From Oculina patagonica (Eukaryota): 64,000 bases of DNA. The translations under genes and the position numbers were made by a program. Under the pieces are notes generated by a model. It was not told where the DNA came from and ran no database searches. It saw nothing but the letters and a program-made list of their open reading frames with translations. The first letter of the stretch is position 1, and the number at the start of each line of letters is the position of its first letter. The stretch covers positions 18,228,001 to 18,292,000 of the forward strand of contig NC_135768.1 in the NCBI RefSeq assembly GCF_052425735.1. Direction: 5' to 3'. This document shows positions 25,321 through 36,809 of the stretch, piece after piece.

Positions 25321-26295
25321 ATGTGCAATAACACAACGGCTTGGTTTAGCTTTTTTAACATGTCCCGAAACTTAGACAATGATGGGACAAACCACAACAT
25401 TTCTCTATATATGATAACTATGTCGACTTCCATTGCCATCGTCATTTTATCGCCAGTGGCAGTAGCAGGGAATGCTCTGGTTTTGGCGGCAATTTGGAGG
25501 AACCCATCTCTCAGAACACCATCTTACATTCTGCTCACTGGATTGGCCATCACTGACTTTAGCACTGGGCTCATAAGTCAGCCGTTTTATGTTGCAATGG
25601 AGTTGATCCAACTGGCAGACCCTCAGCTGAAAACAGTTGTCAACAGGCAAACGTCCTTCATAATAACAGCTATCGGAAAAGGCTCCGCCACATATTTTAT
25701 TCCTGTGACGACGTCCATTATAGCAGTTATGTCCATCGAACGTTGGCTACACATGACTCGCCGATCTTTGCTTACAGTGCGCCGTGTCACCTATACAGTT
25801 GCAGGACTATTTCTCCTTTCGATTCCAATTGTTGCATATCGCGTACTGGCCATTCTTAATAACACAATTTTTTCACCAGTTATAGACATTGCTTCTTTGT
25901 CATTCTTACTCTTTTGCCTTATTGTTACCTCAGTAGCTTACTTTAAAGTTTTCCGAATCATTCGAACTCATCAGCGCCAAATTCAGGCGAACTATTTATC
26001 TCAAGCCTCTGGTCAACCAGCGATCAACTTTTCTAAGTACGAAAAATCAGTTTTCACCATCCTCTATATTTTAGCAATTTTCTATGTTAGTTATTTCCCC
26101 ACTGCTATTGCCTTTGGACTCTATCTATTTTGGGGAAATAAGTACATATCTGCGACAAAGCCACTCTTTAATTTGTCAATGGTGTTTTTATTTTTGTCTT
26201 CTTCACTAAATCCTATCCTTTACTTGTGGAGAATGAGCGATATTCGAAATGAAGTTACAAGTTTGGTTAAAGGAAAACTCTGCAAAGTCAACTAG
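25321..26295 (+). CDS. Intronless class A orphan GPCR (324 aa), copy 5
   Basis: Intact ORF, 7 TM, LAITD/SIERW/NPILY, several N-terminal sequons. Confidence 0.94.
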   Translation: MCNNTTAWFSFFNMSRNLDNDGTNHNISLYMITMSTSIAIVILSPVAVAGNALVLAAIWRNPSLRTPSYILLTGLAITDFSTGLISQPFYVAMELIQLADPQLKTVVNRQTSFIITAIGKGSATYFIPVTTSIIAVMSIERWLHMTRRSLLTVRRVTYTVAGLFLLSIPIVAYRVLAILNNTIFSPVIDIASLSFLLFCLIVTSVAYFKVFRIIRTHQRQIQANYLSQASGQPAINFSKYEKSVFTILYILAIFYVSYFPTAIAFGLYLFWGNKYISATKPLFNLSMVFLFLSSSLNPILYLWRMSDIRNEVTSLVKGKLCKVN

Positions 26296-27376
26296 ATAAA
26301 ATGAAAATGTCTTTCTATTAGAAGTATATTATTTGCGGAATTGTTGAAATGTTAGAAAGGGAAAATAAATATGCACACGACATATTTAAATTACAAAACT
26401 ACTACATGTGGTTCTTTTTGGAGCTTGGGCAAAGTGCCGCCAGCATAAATGGATGATTTAATCCAAAGATAGAACGAGGTTTGTAGCTCATGTAAAAATA
26501 CAAAAGTAAAGATTATTAATCTGTATATATTCTGATGTAGAAATAATGCGAAGAATGTTTTCTAGATTAATGAAAATGATATGTAATCCCCCTTTCTAAT
26601 TCAAATAGCAAATTTGTGCATCAAGTATAAGCAAGAATAATCGCAATCTTTTTATTGAAATTGAAATCGAAAGAAAGGAATGAATAGACTTTTCATACCC
26701 AAGTTATTAAACCCTACATGTAAATAAATGAATAGCACCTTTTGGTCAAACAAAGTCACGATATCATGAAGATAAAACCCTGTGTACAAACTGCGTATAA
26801 TTACTAAGCTGAATAAAAGTGAGATGATTGATTGCTATATTTTTTATATTGTTATTTATTTTTCAATAGTTAATCACACTTTTAATTAAAGTTCCCTTGA
26901 CCAGCAAACGAAAACATTCTTATTTAAAATTCTAAATGTTTTTATTCAGATTGTAAGCTTTATGTTAACCTAAAATTTAATATTTATAGAAGTCAAGTTT
27001 AATAACTATTTCTTCATAAAAGTTGGAAAAGAAAAATGAATAGACATTTTATCCAAATTATTCACCTCCAAATATAAACAGATGAAGAGCGTTTCTCCTG
27101 TCTTCAATTGTTTTGCTGAATCAGTCAGTCAAACACACTTATTAAACCTAGAGATCCAATCTCTGCAAGGTAGATGAAAATTAATAAAAAAATGTCATGG
27201 AAAAATGGTTGTATATGTAATTTATTTCAACACAGTTCAGTTGATTGAAAATCGGAGGCAGTGACTTGTTCGCCCCTTCAGTGCTGTTTATAATTTTCCA
27301 TTTCATTAAACTTTTGAATGACTCAGTTTTCTTGTGTATAACTCGTGTGCTTTTTTTAATTAAAAAATGCTAGCTG

Positions 27377-27559
27377 TCTCCGAGGTTGACCCTTGCTGGA
27401 GGTAACTTTTCTTAGTAAGAAACCAAAGCTACATATTATTAACGAAAAATAGCTTTTTACTTTTTTGACTAAGAGAGCCAAAAAAGCTTGATTTTTTTTT
27501 TTTTGCTTTTGCGATCAAAGAAAAGCAGGGCATCTCCACGGTTAAGCGTTGCTGGAGAT
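27377..27559 (+). promoter_or_regulatory. Paired conserved imperfect palindrome ATCTCCAGGGTTAAGCCTTGCTGGAG upstream of clade-B GPCRs
   Basis: Pairs at 27377/27532, 29608/29764, 32691/32922 and 35116/35209, at a similar distance from each ATG. The second copies at 32922 and 35209 keep mainly the TTGCTGGAG half. Confidence 0.5.
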
Positions 27560-28117
27560 TAATAGAAATCCAAAATTACTCTGAATTCACTGATAACACT
27601 GCAAATCCTCAAAATAGACTCCTCATTGAATGGAAGGTTGACGGTGTTTCAATAACGAAGTTTCTGGATCATTCAAACAATATCCACTCAAACAACAAAA
27701 GGTTCTTTTAAATTATGAATGAATCATATAAGGATATGGTCAATTTTTAATTTGATTTTCATCTTTCACCTTTACTGAAGCTCCTCTAACGAAGTTTACT
27801 TCATTAAACTAAGAAAGACTGGATGGATTTGTCAAACACAAGGCTTTTTATGTGCCGATGAATAGAAAGTCCTATTTGTTTGCTTTGTTTTGTATACAGT
27901 TTATATTTTCATTGGTTTCCCTCTTTCTTAGGACAAACATTTAATCAAGGTAGGTAAGGTTTATTAAGATTGCACGACGTTAAAATCAATAATTCAGTTC
28001 TTGTTATTGGCGCAACGGTTAAGCTTGTAACTGGTATAGAGGAGTATGCTTTCAAAACCTAAACTTTCCTGATTTAAAGAAACTATAACATAACCTCAAT
28101 TGTCATTACCAAGAAGA

Positions 28118-29092
28118 ATGTCAATGCCGAACAACACAACATGTTTTATTCTCCAACTTTTTTTCAACACGTCCAAATTTTACTGTGATACACAAAACCA
28201 CAGCTTTGAATTCTATGAGGTTACGCTGCTTACCTTAGTTGCCATCGCTATTTTGTCACCAGTGGCAGTAGTGGGAAATGCTTTGGTTTTGGCGGCAATT
28301 TGGACGAACCCGTCTCTCAGAACACCTTCTTACATTCTACTCGCTGGATTGGCTTTCACTGACTTTTGTACTGGAATTATTACCGAGCCATTTTTTGCTG
28401 CAAATGAGTTGATCCCCTTGGTAGATCCTCTGATCAACCCACTTGACAAAAACGGTTGGCCAACATTCTATTTGATAACAAAAGCTATCGGCGTTGGATG
28501 TCTCGAGTACTTTTTTAATCTGACGTTATTTATCATAACATTCATGTCCATTGAACGATGGCTGCACATGAGTCGGCGATCACTGATAACAGTTCGCCGC
28601 CTCTATCCTGTTATTACGGTACTATTTTTCGTTCCAATTCCATTAGCAGTTTATCATGTTAAAGACCCATATAGCAAAGCATTTTGGTTTGCTAGTTTGT
28701 CAGTAATACTGATTTGCGTTTCAGTCACTTCAGCGTCATACTTTAAAGTTTTCCGAATAATTCGTCGGCATCAACAGCAAATTCACGCCAATGAATCGTC
28801 TCAAAACTCTGCTCAGTCAGCAATCAACCTTGAGAAATACAAGAGATCCGTGTTTTCTATCCTTTATATTCTGGTTATTTTTTATATAGGATACTTGCCA
28901 ATGACTATCACTCTAGGGATGATGATGGTTGGAACGAAAAACATGAAAATAATTGGGTTGTCCTTTTACGTGTCCATTGTGCTCGCACTTTTGTCTTCTT
29001 CCCTTAATCCTCTTCTTTATTTGTGGAGAATGAAAGATATTAGAAATGAGGTCAGAAAATTGTTAAAACGAATACTCTGTAAAGACAGCTAG
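28118..29092 (+). CDS. Intronless class A orphan GPCR (324 aa from first ATG), copy 6
   Basis: Intact ORF with first ATG at 28118 (alternative 28124); 7 TM, SIERW, GYLP, NPLLY. Confidence 0.94.
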   Translation: MSMPNNTTCFILQLFFNTSKFYCDTQNHSFEFYEVTLLTLVAIAILSPVAVVGNALVLAAIWTNPSLRTPSYILLAGLAFTDFCTGIITEPFFAANELIPLVDPLINPLDKNGWPTFYLITKAIGVGCLEYFFNLTLFIITFMSIERWLHMSRRSLITVRRLYPVITVLFFVPIPLAVYHVKDPYSKAFWFASLSVILICVSVTSASYFKVFRIIRRHQQQIHANESSQNSAQSAINLEKYKRSVFSILYILVIFYIGYLPMTITLGMMMVGTKNMKIIGLSFYVSIVLALLSSSLNPLLYLWRMKDIRNEVRKLLKRILCKDS

Positions 29093-30027
29093 ATGAACAA
29101 TTAATGTATACAGTCATATCTTCTCGCTTTGCCATAGTTATTAAATCACGAACTTCAGTTTTTAATTAATTTTCATCTTTCTTGTAAAGATTGTGCAGCT
29201 GACTCTTTCTCTCTCTGTTTGAGCTAAACTCGGCAGCACAACTTAATACTTTTTTTAAAATTTCGAACTTTCGAAACTTCATTTAGTAAGTTTATTTACG
29301 ATTGCTTCATTAAAGTTGAAATAGAAAAATAAATTGTCCATTCGTTTCAATTATGTACACCATATATTAACAAATGGAGAGAATTTCTCCTGCCTTCAAT
29401 TGCTTTTTCAAGTCAGTTTGTTCCAACACACTTATTATCACTTACTGATATACAATGATCGCAAGATAGATGAAAATAATTGAAAACTGCATTTGCTAAT
29501 ATACAACAATCGTGAAGCTGGAAGAAATGTTTGAATACGTCCGGTTTTTTTTTAACTACGTTCAATTGACTCAATCGGAAGCAGCGATTTAAAATTAAAA
29601 TCCTGTCATCTCTAGGGTTGAGCCTTGCTGGAGATTAATTAATTAAAAAAAATAAAAAACAACTCTAAACAAAGCTAGATACTAAAAGAACAGCATTTCA
29701 CTTTTAAAAAAGAGGCCTTAAAAAAAGTTTTTTTTCCGCTTTTTGATTAGAGAAAAGCTAGGCATTTCCAGGGTTAAGCCTTGCTGGAGGTTAATGGAAG
29801 TCCAAAGTAAATTTGCATTTTCAGATAACTCAGGAAATTATCAAACTTAAATGAAAGAAAGACTTCTTTCAAGGAAGGTTAACCCGCTTCTGTATGCATT
29901 CTAAAATTTCTCGTCTCGTCAAACTATGAGTAAACCATATAAAGAAAGAAATTGTCAATTTTAATTTTGATTTTAACCCTTTATCTTTACTATAGAGCTA
30001 TTCTTTCAAGATTTTCCACCTTATTAA

Positions 30028-30484
30028 AGTGCACCTAACCCCCGAAACAATACTTTCAAAATTGATTGTACATGAGTTAGAGAGTTGAATGGTTAAATAT
30101 TTCTTCATCTCAATGTTGCGTTTTTAAGTTATGAAGGTTTATTTTTCCAATATGTTAATGAGTATGACGTCTACCCAGTCTTCATTCAATATACAGATTT
30201 TGACTGGTTCACACAAGCAGTATTTAAAAAGCATTATCATAATACTCGCAATTTCCACAATTTTTATTGTAAATTTGGTGTCTTGTAATGGCGAGTAAAT
30301 AATGATATAAGCAAAACAAGTATGCTTAAAAGCCTGGGTAGACATCATACTCATTAACATATTGGAAAAATAAACCTTCATAACTTAAAAACGCAACATT
30401 GGGATGAAGAAATATTTAACCATTCAACTCTCTAACTCATGTAGAATCAATTTTGAAAGTATTGCCGCAGGGGTTAGGTGCACT
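30028..30484. mobile_element. MITE with ~150-bp near-perfect TIRs and TTAA TSD (Kolobok-like)
   Basis: TTAA|AGTGCACCTAACCCC ... GGGGTTAGGTGCACT|TTAA. Empty sites ACCT(A/T)ATTAAAATTTAAG occur at 33141 and 35494. Confidence 0.92.
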
Positions 30485-30837
30485 TTAAAATATACAAGAA
30501 GCACGATATTTGTAATTATATTTAGCTATGTTTACATTATTAGACGAAGAAAGAGAGTATGGATTTGTCACACAAAAGGCTTTTTATCTGCCAATGAATA
30601 GACAATTCTGTTTGATTGATTGGGTTTTTTATGTAGTTTGTATTTCATTGGTTTCCTCCTGATCAAGATAAGAAAGGTAAAGTTCATTTAAGATTTCACG
30701 ACGTTACGAACAACAAATCAGTTCTTGTTATCGAACCTTGTAACTGGTTCAGAGGTGTGTGATTTCAAAACGTTGACTTCCTTGTTAAAAAAAAACTATA
30801 AGAAAATCATCAATTTACATCGCCAAGAAAAACATCA

Positions 30838-31806
30838 ATGCCGAACAACACAACCTTACTTCTTCAAGCTTCTTTCAACGCGTTCAACATTCACTGTGAT
30901 TCAAACAAACAAACTATTGATGTCTATGAAGTATCGCTGACATCCTTAGTTGCCGTCGCCATTTTATCGCCAGTGGCAGTAGTGGGAAATGCTCTGGTTT
31001 TGGCGGCAATTTGGAAGAACCCGTCTCTCAGAACAACTTCTTATATTCTGCTCGCTGGGTTGGCTTTCACTGACTTTTGTACTGGAATTATTACAGTGCC
31101 ATTTTTTGCTGCAAATGAGTTGATCGTCTTGATAGATCCTCTGATCAACCCATCTGACAAAAACAGTTGGCCAACATCTTATTTCATAACAAGAGCTATT
31201 GGCGACGGTTTTCTGGAGTACTTTTTTCATCTGACGTCATTTATAATAACATTCATGTCCATTGAACGATGGCTGCACATGAGTCGGCAGTCATTAGTAA
31301 CAGTGCGTCGCCTTTATCGTATTATTGCGGTACTATTTTTCCTTCCGATTCCTTCATTTTTTTATCATATTAAAGACCAATTAGATAATAACACGGCATT
31401 CTATTTTGCTAGTATTTCGGTAATACTGTTTTGCCTTTCTGTTACTTCAGCGGCATACTTTAAAGTTTTCCAAATAATACGTCGTCATCAACAGCAAATT
31501 CACGCCAACCAGTCGTCGCAGAACTTTGCTCAACCAACGATCGACGTTGAAAAATACAAGAAATCTGTGTTCTCGATCCTTTATATCCTAGTTATTTTTT
31601 ATATAGGATACTCGCCAATGGCTATCAGTTTGGGGTTGCTGTTTGCTATTGAAAATTTGAAATTAATTGCGGTGTCTTTCTATGTGTCAATTGTGCTTGC
31701 AGTTTTGGCTTCTTCCCTTAATCCTCTTCTTTATTTGTGGAGAATGAGAGATATTCGAAATGAAGTCAGAAAATTGGTTAACAGACTACTCTGTAAGGAC
31801 AGCTAG
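30838..31806 (+). CDS. Intronless class A orphan GPCR (322 aa), copy 7
   Basis: Intact ORF, 7 TM, family motifs. Confidence 0.94.
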   Translation: MPNNTTLLLQASFNAFNIHCDSNKQTIDVYEVSLTSLVAVAILSPVAVVGNALVLAAIWKNPSLRTTSYILLAGLAFTDFCTGIITVPFFAANELIVLIDPLINPSDKNSWPTSYFITRAIGDGFLEYFFHLTSFIITFMSIERWLHMSRQSLVTVRRLYRIIAVLFFLPIPSFFYHIKDQLDNNTAFYFASISVILFCLSVTSAAYFKVFQIIRRHQQQIHANQSSQNFAQPTIDVEKYKKSVFSILYILVIFYIGYSPMAISLGLLFAIENLKLIAVSFYVSIVLAVLASSLNPLLYLWRMRDIRNEVRKLVNRLLCKDS

Positions 31807-32220
31807 ATGAAAAGAAAGCCAAGATTGTAAAGCTTTCCTGTTCATTCCCAACAAAGAATCTAGGAAAAGGAATAAATAGACATTGCACCCATATTATTTA
31901 ACTGTAAATAAATATATGAAAAGCATTTTTTATAAACTTTTTTGCCGAGTTTAGCTCAAACAAGAGTGAGAAAGAATCAGCTGCACAATCTTTGCAAGGT
32001 AAATAAAAATTAATTAAAAACTGCAGTTGATAAAAATACTATGGCAAAACTAGAAGATATGCTGTATACTTAAATTGTTCTTATGACGCGCAATCAAAAA
32101 CAGTGACATTTGACATGTTTAATCTGTTCGTTCTCTTAAGCTGTTTCATCAATTCTCTGTTTTATTTAGGTTGAAGAATGTAAATAGTTTTCTTATTTCA
32201 TTTTCATTTTAATTCTTAAT

Positions 32221-32310
32221 TTTAGCTCATTTTTAAGCGCAACTGAGTATTTATATATAAGTTACGCTATATAAATTTTAATTATTATTATTATTATATT
32301 ATTATTATAT
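32221..32310 (+). mobile_element. 3' tail fragment of a non-LTR retrotransposon with (ATT)n tail
   Basis: AAGCGCAACTGAG...CGCTATATAAAT followed by (ATT)n, absent from the paralog at about 34840. An antisense copy of the same tail lies at 21241-21283. Confidence 0.5.
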
Positions 32311-32848
32311 TGGTTTTCGTTTCGAAACGTGGCTAAAGGGCAGTGCATCTTTAAGAGGAAGCCAGCATCAATAGAACAACAATTTTTCAATTGTCCTTCT
32401 CAACATCAATTAATCTTTTTAAGTTTTGTATTACTATTTAGAGAATAATATTTACATTACAATATGTGTAGAAAAGAAACCGATCGCTTCTAAGTATGTA
32501 GCGAAGCTTTTCCTTCCTTAGTTAATATTTTATATTTTGGAAAAAACATGCAGCAAGGTTTTATTTTGTTTTATTTTAGGAATCATTCTTCTGTTTATTA
32601 AATGGCTACACTCTTTGGATTGCTCTGCCACTCATGTAAAAATCCCTGTTAATAAAAAGTTGGAATTTTATAATTAGAGGAAAGCTAGCCATCTCCAGGG
32701 TTAAGCCTTGCTGGAGGTAGCTTAATGTACTAAAAAAACTAAAACAATCTGAAAAAAGCTAGATATTAAAAGAAAAGCATTTCTTTCTTTCTTTCTTTCC
32801 TTCTTTTTTCATTTGACTTGTGTGAGAACCCCCAAAAGTACGATTTTC

Positions 32849-32849
<1 letters not shown>

Positions 32850-32888
<39 letters not shown>
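32850..32888 (+). repeat. (GTT)13 microsatellite
   Basis: Direct reading. Confidence 0.95.
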
Positions 32889-32889
<1 letters not shown>

Positions 32890-33504
32890 GGTACTGATCA
32901 GAGAAAAGCTACGCATCCTAGCATCCCGGTGCTTGCTGGAGGTAGTTTTATTTAACTATAATAACTTTGAAAAAACAATAGGTCTGTAAATAATTAAAAA
33001 TTAATGAGACCTTCCATTGAGGAGGGGAGAAAGGAAAAAAAAACAAACTTGCTTTTAAAATATGAATGAACCATATGAGTTATTTTTGATTTTTACTGTT
33101 TTTTTAATAAAGCTACTCCATTACAGTTTTTTTAATTTCGACCTAATTAAAATTTAAGCCGCACGACATTTGCTATTGAATGTAATCATGTCTACTTTAT
33201 TAACCTAAGAAAGGCTTTATATATGCAGTTCAATTGTCAGTTCCGTTTGATCAAGTCTATAGTGAATTGTCATTTGTATTTCAATGGTTTGCCTTCCTAA
33301 GAACAAACATCCAATCACGATAAGGGAGGTAAAGATAATTAAAAATTCGGCCACATTATGATAAGAAATGAGTTCTTGTTATCGGCCCAAAAGTTAAGCT
33401 TTTAACTGGTTCAACGGAGTATTCCTTCAAAAGGGTAACTTTCCTGATGTAACGTAACTATAAGGACAATATAAGCTCAACTGTCATCACCAAAAAGAAT
33501 ATCA

Positions 33505-34464
33505 ATGTCGAACAACACAACGTGTTTACTTCTCCAACCTTCTTTCAACACGTCTATCTCTCACTGTGATCCAAAAAACCACATTTTTGATTTATATAAA
33601 GTATCCCTGCCATCTTTAGTTGCAATTGCTGTTTTGTCGCCAGTAGCAGTAGTGGGAAATGCTCTGGTTTTGGCGGCAATTTGGAGGAACCCATCTTTCA
33701 GAACACCTTCTTACATTCTGCTCGCTGGATTGGCTTTCACTGACTTTTGTACTGGAATTATTACCGAACCACTTTTCGCAGCATATGAGTTGATCCGCAT
33801 CCTCTGATCAAACGATCTAACAATGACAGCAGTCCACATTTATTTAAAAAGATCTATTCGTGATGGTTGCCTCGAGTACTTTTTATTCACGACGTTATTC
33901 GTCATAACATTCATGTCCATTGAACGATGGCTGCACATGAGTCGGCGATCATTGGTAACAGTTCGTCGCCTCTATCTTATTATAACAGGACTGTTTCTCC
34001 TTCCAATTCATTTGGTTTTTTATCGTGTTAAACGCACTTTTAGTTATGAATACTTGTTTGTTACAATGGCAGTTGTACTGTTTTGCTTTTTTGTTACTTC
34101 AGCAGCTTACTTCAAAGTATTCCGAATAATTCGTCGTCATCAGCAGCAGCAAATTCACGCCAATGTCTCGTCCCAAAACGCTGCTCCATCAGCAATCAAC
34201 CTTGAGAAATACAAGAAATCTGTGTATTCTATCCTTTATATTTTAGGTATATTTTATTTAGGATACTTGCCAATGGCTATATGTTTGGGGTTGCCGTTTG
34301 TTACGAAAAAAAATAGGACAACATTTTTGGTGTCTTTCTATGTGCAATTTATGTTTGTATTTTTGTCTTCTTCGCTTAATCCCATTCTTTATTTGTGGAG
34401 GATGAAAGATATTCGAAATGAAGTCAGAAAATTGGTTAGGCGAATACTCTGTAAAGACAACTAG
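33505..34464 (+). pseudogene. Class A GPCR copy 8; compensating indels in ECL1 with one in-frame TGA (33805-33807)
   Basis: ORFs 33505-33807 and 33823-34464 share a frame. ECL1 DNA shows small deletions relative to 28410-28480. Confidence 0.88.
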
Positions 34465-35171
34465 ATGAAAAGAAAACGATCAAAAGAAAAGATTGTAAAG
34501 CTTTCCTGTTCATTCCTAACAACGACTCTAGGAAGGAATAAATAGACATTCCATCCTTATTCTTTAACTGTAAATATACACGTGAAAAGCATTTCATTTT
34601 TACTAACTTTTTTGCCGAGTTTAGTTCAAACATAGTGAGAAAGAATCAGCTGCACAGACTTTGCAAGGTAGATGAAAATTAATTATAACCTGCAGTTGTT
34701 TAAACAACTATGGCAGAGCTATAAGATATGACTGTATACATAAATTGTTCAATTGAAGCGCAATCGAAAGCAGTGACATTTGACCTGTTTAATCTGTTCG
34801 TTCTCTCAGTGTTTTTTCAGCAATTTTCTGTTTCATTAAGGTTGCATTGGTTTTCTTTTTAAAACGTTGCTAAAGGACGCTGCATCTTCAGCCAGCAAGC
34901 CCACACCAATAAATTTTTTTTTTTCTTCCTTAGTTAATGTTTTATATTTTGGATATAATTTTATATTTTCTAAAACATGCAGCATTTTTTTTTTCTTTTT
35001 TTATGAATCATTTCTCTGTTTGTTCTTTAGCTACACTTGGTAGATTACTGTGCCACTCATGTAAAAACCCTTTTGATGAAAGGTTGAAATTTTTTTAATT
35101 AGAGAAAAGCTAGCTATCTCCAAGGTCGAGCCGTGCTGGAGACAGCCTCATTTACAAAAAAAGCTTGCAAG

Positions 35172-35202
<31 letters not shown>

Positions 35203-35852
35203 CCTAACATCCTGATGTTTGCTGGAGATACTTTTACTTTACAGAAAACTAAAATAACTTTGAAAGAACGAATAGGTTTGTAAATAATTAAATATTAAGG
35301 ATAGACCTCCCTTTGAATGGAAAGTTGTCAGGCCTTCAACCACAAAATGATATTAAATTCTAGCGCTATTATAACAAAAAACAAACTTGCTTTCAAAATA
35401 TGAATGAATCATATAATTAAAAGATCAGTTTTAATTTTGATTACTACGAGTTTTTCTTTCATAAAGCTACTCTATTACAGTTTTTTTATTTAGACCTTAT
35501 TAAAATTTAAGCTCCACAACATTTGCTTGTAATCATGTTTACTTCATTAAACTAAGAAAGGCTTTGTATGTGCCGATGAATAGTATGTTTTGCTTGTTTG
35601 ATTGTATTTATATATATTTGAATAGTAATTTTTATTTCATTCGATTTGCCATTTCAAGAACAAACACATAAGGGCGGTAAAGTTGATTAAAAATTCTACG
35701 AAATTACGATCAAGAAATCAGCTCTTGTCATCTTTGAAAACGTTAAGCTTGTAACTGGTCCAACGGAGTATTCTTTCAAAAAGTTAACTTCTCTGATATA
35801 AACATTTCAAAGCTTAATATAGTCTTAATTGTCATTACCAAGCAGAATATCA

Positions 35853-36809
35853 ATGTCGAACAACACAACGTGTTTTCTTCATCAACCTTCTTCCAACGAG
35901 TCTAATTTTTACAGTGATGCACAAAGCCACAGCTTTGATTTCTATGGAGCGTCCCTGCCAGTTTTAGTTGCCATTGCTATTTTATCACCAGTAGCAGTAG
36001 TGGGAAATGCTCTGGTTTTGGCGGCAATTTGGAGGAATCCGTCTCTCAGAACACCTTCTTATATTCTACTCGCTGGAGTGGGTTGTGCTGACTTTTGTAC
36101 TGGAATTATTACCGAGCCATTTTTTGCTACAAATTATCTTGTATCCTGGGTATACCCTCTGATCAAGCTGTCCGAGAAAAAAGACTGGCCAACATTCTAT
36201 TTGATAACAAGAGGTATCGGCGATGGTTGTTACGAGTACTTTTTTAATCTGACGTTATTCATCATAACGTTCATGTCCATTGAACGATGGCTGCACATGA
36301 GTCGGCGGTCCTTGGTAACAGTGAGTCGCATCTATCGTATTATTGCGGTACTATTTTTCCTTCCGTTTCCTTTAGCTCTTTATCGTATTAGTGACCATAA
36401 TAGTGTTGCTGTTTATTATACTGGTATACCGGTTCTACTGTTCTGCGTTATTGTTACTTCAATAGCTTATTTCAAAGTGTTCCGCATAATTCGTCGTCAT
36501 CAACAGCAAATTCACGCCAACCAATCGTCCCAGAACTTTGCTCAACCAACGATCGACTTTGAAAAATACAAAAAATCAGTGTGGTCGATCTTTTATATTC
36601 TAGTTATTTTTTATATAGGTTACTTGCCGATGGCTATCAGTATGGGATTAGTGTTTGTCACGAGGAATGTGAAAATTATTATGGTGTCTTTCTATGTGTC
36701 CAGTGTGCTTGTATTTTTGTCTTCGTCACTTAATCCTCTTCTTTATTTGTGGAGAATGAAAGATATTCGAAATGAGGTCAAAAAATTGGTTAAACCAATA
36801 CTCTGTTAA
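35853..36809 (+). CDS. Intronless class A orphan GPCR (318 aa), copy 9
   Basis: Intact ORF from the first ATG. TM2 reads GVGCAD instead of GLAFTD. An AAA>TAA change removes the last 3 residues relative to paralogs. Confidence 0.92.
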   Translation: MSNNTTCFLHQPSSNESNFYSDAQSHSFDFYGASLPVLVAIAILSPVAVVGNALVLAAIWRNPSLRTPSYILLAGVGCADFCTGIITEPFFATNYLVSWVYPLIKLSEKKDWPTFYLITRGIGDGCYEYFFNLTLFIITFMSIERWLHMSRRSLVTVSRIYRIIAVLFFLPFPLALYRISDHNSVAVYYTGIPVLLFCVIVTSIAYFKVFRIIRRHQQQIHANQSSQNFAQPTIDFEKYKKSVWSIFYILVIFYIGYLPMAISMGLVFVTRNVKIIMVSFYVSSVLVFLSSSLNPLLYLWRMKDIRNEVKKLVKPILC

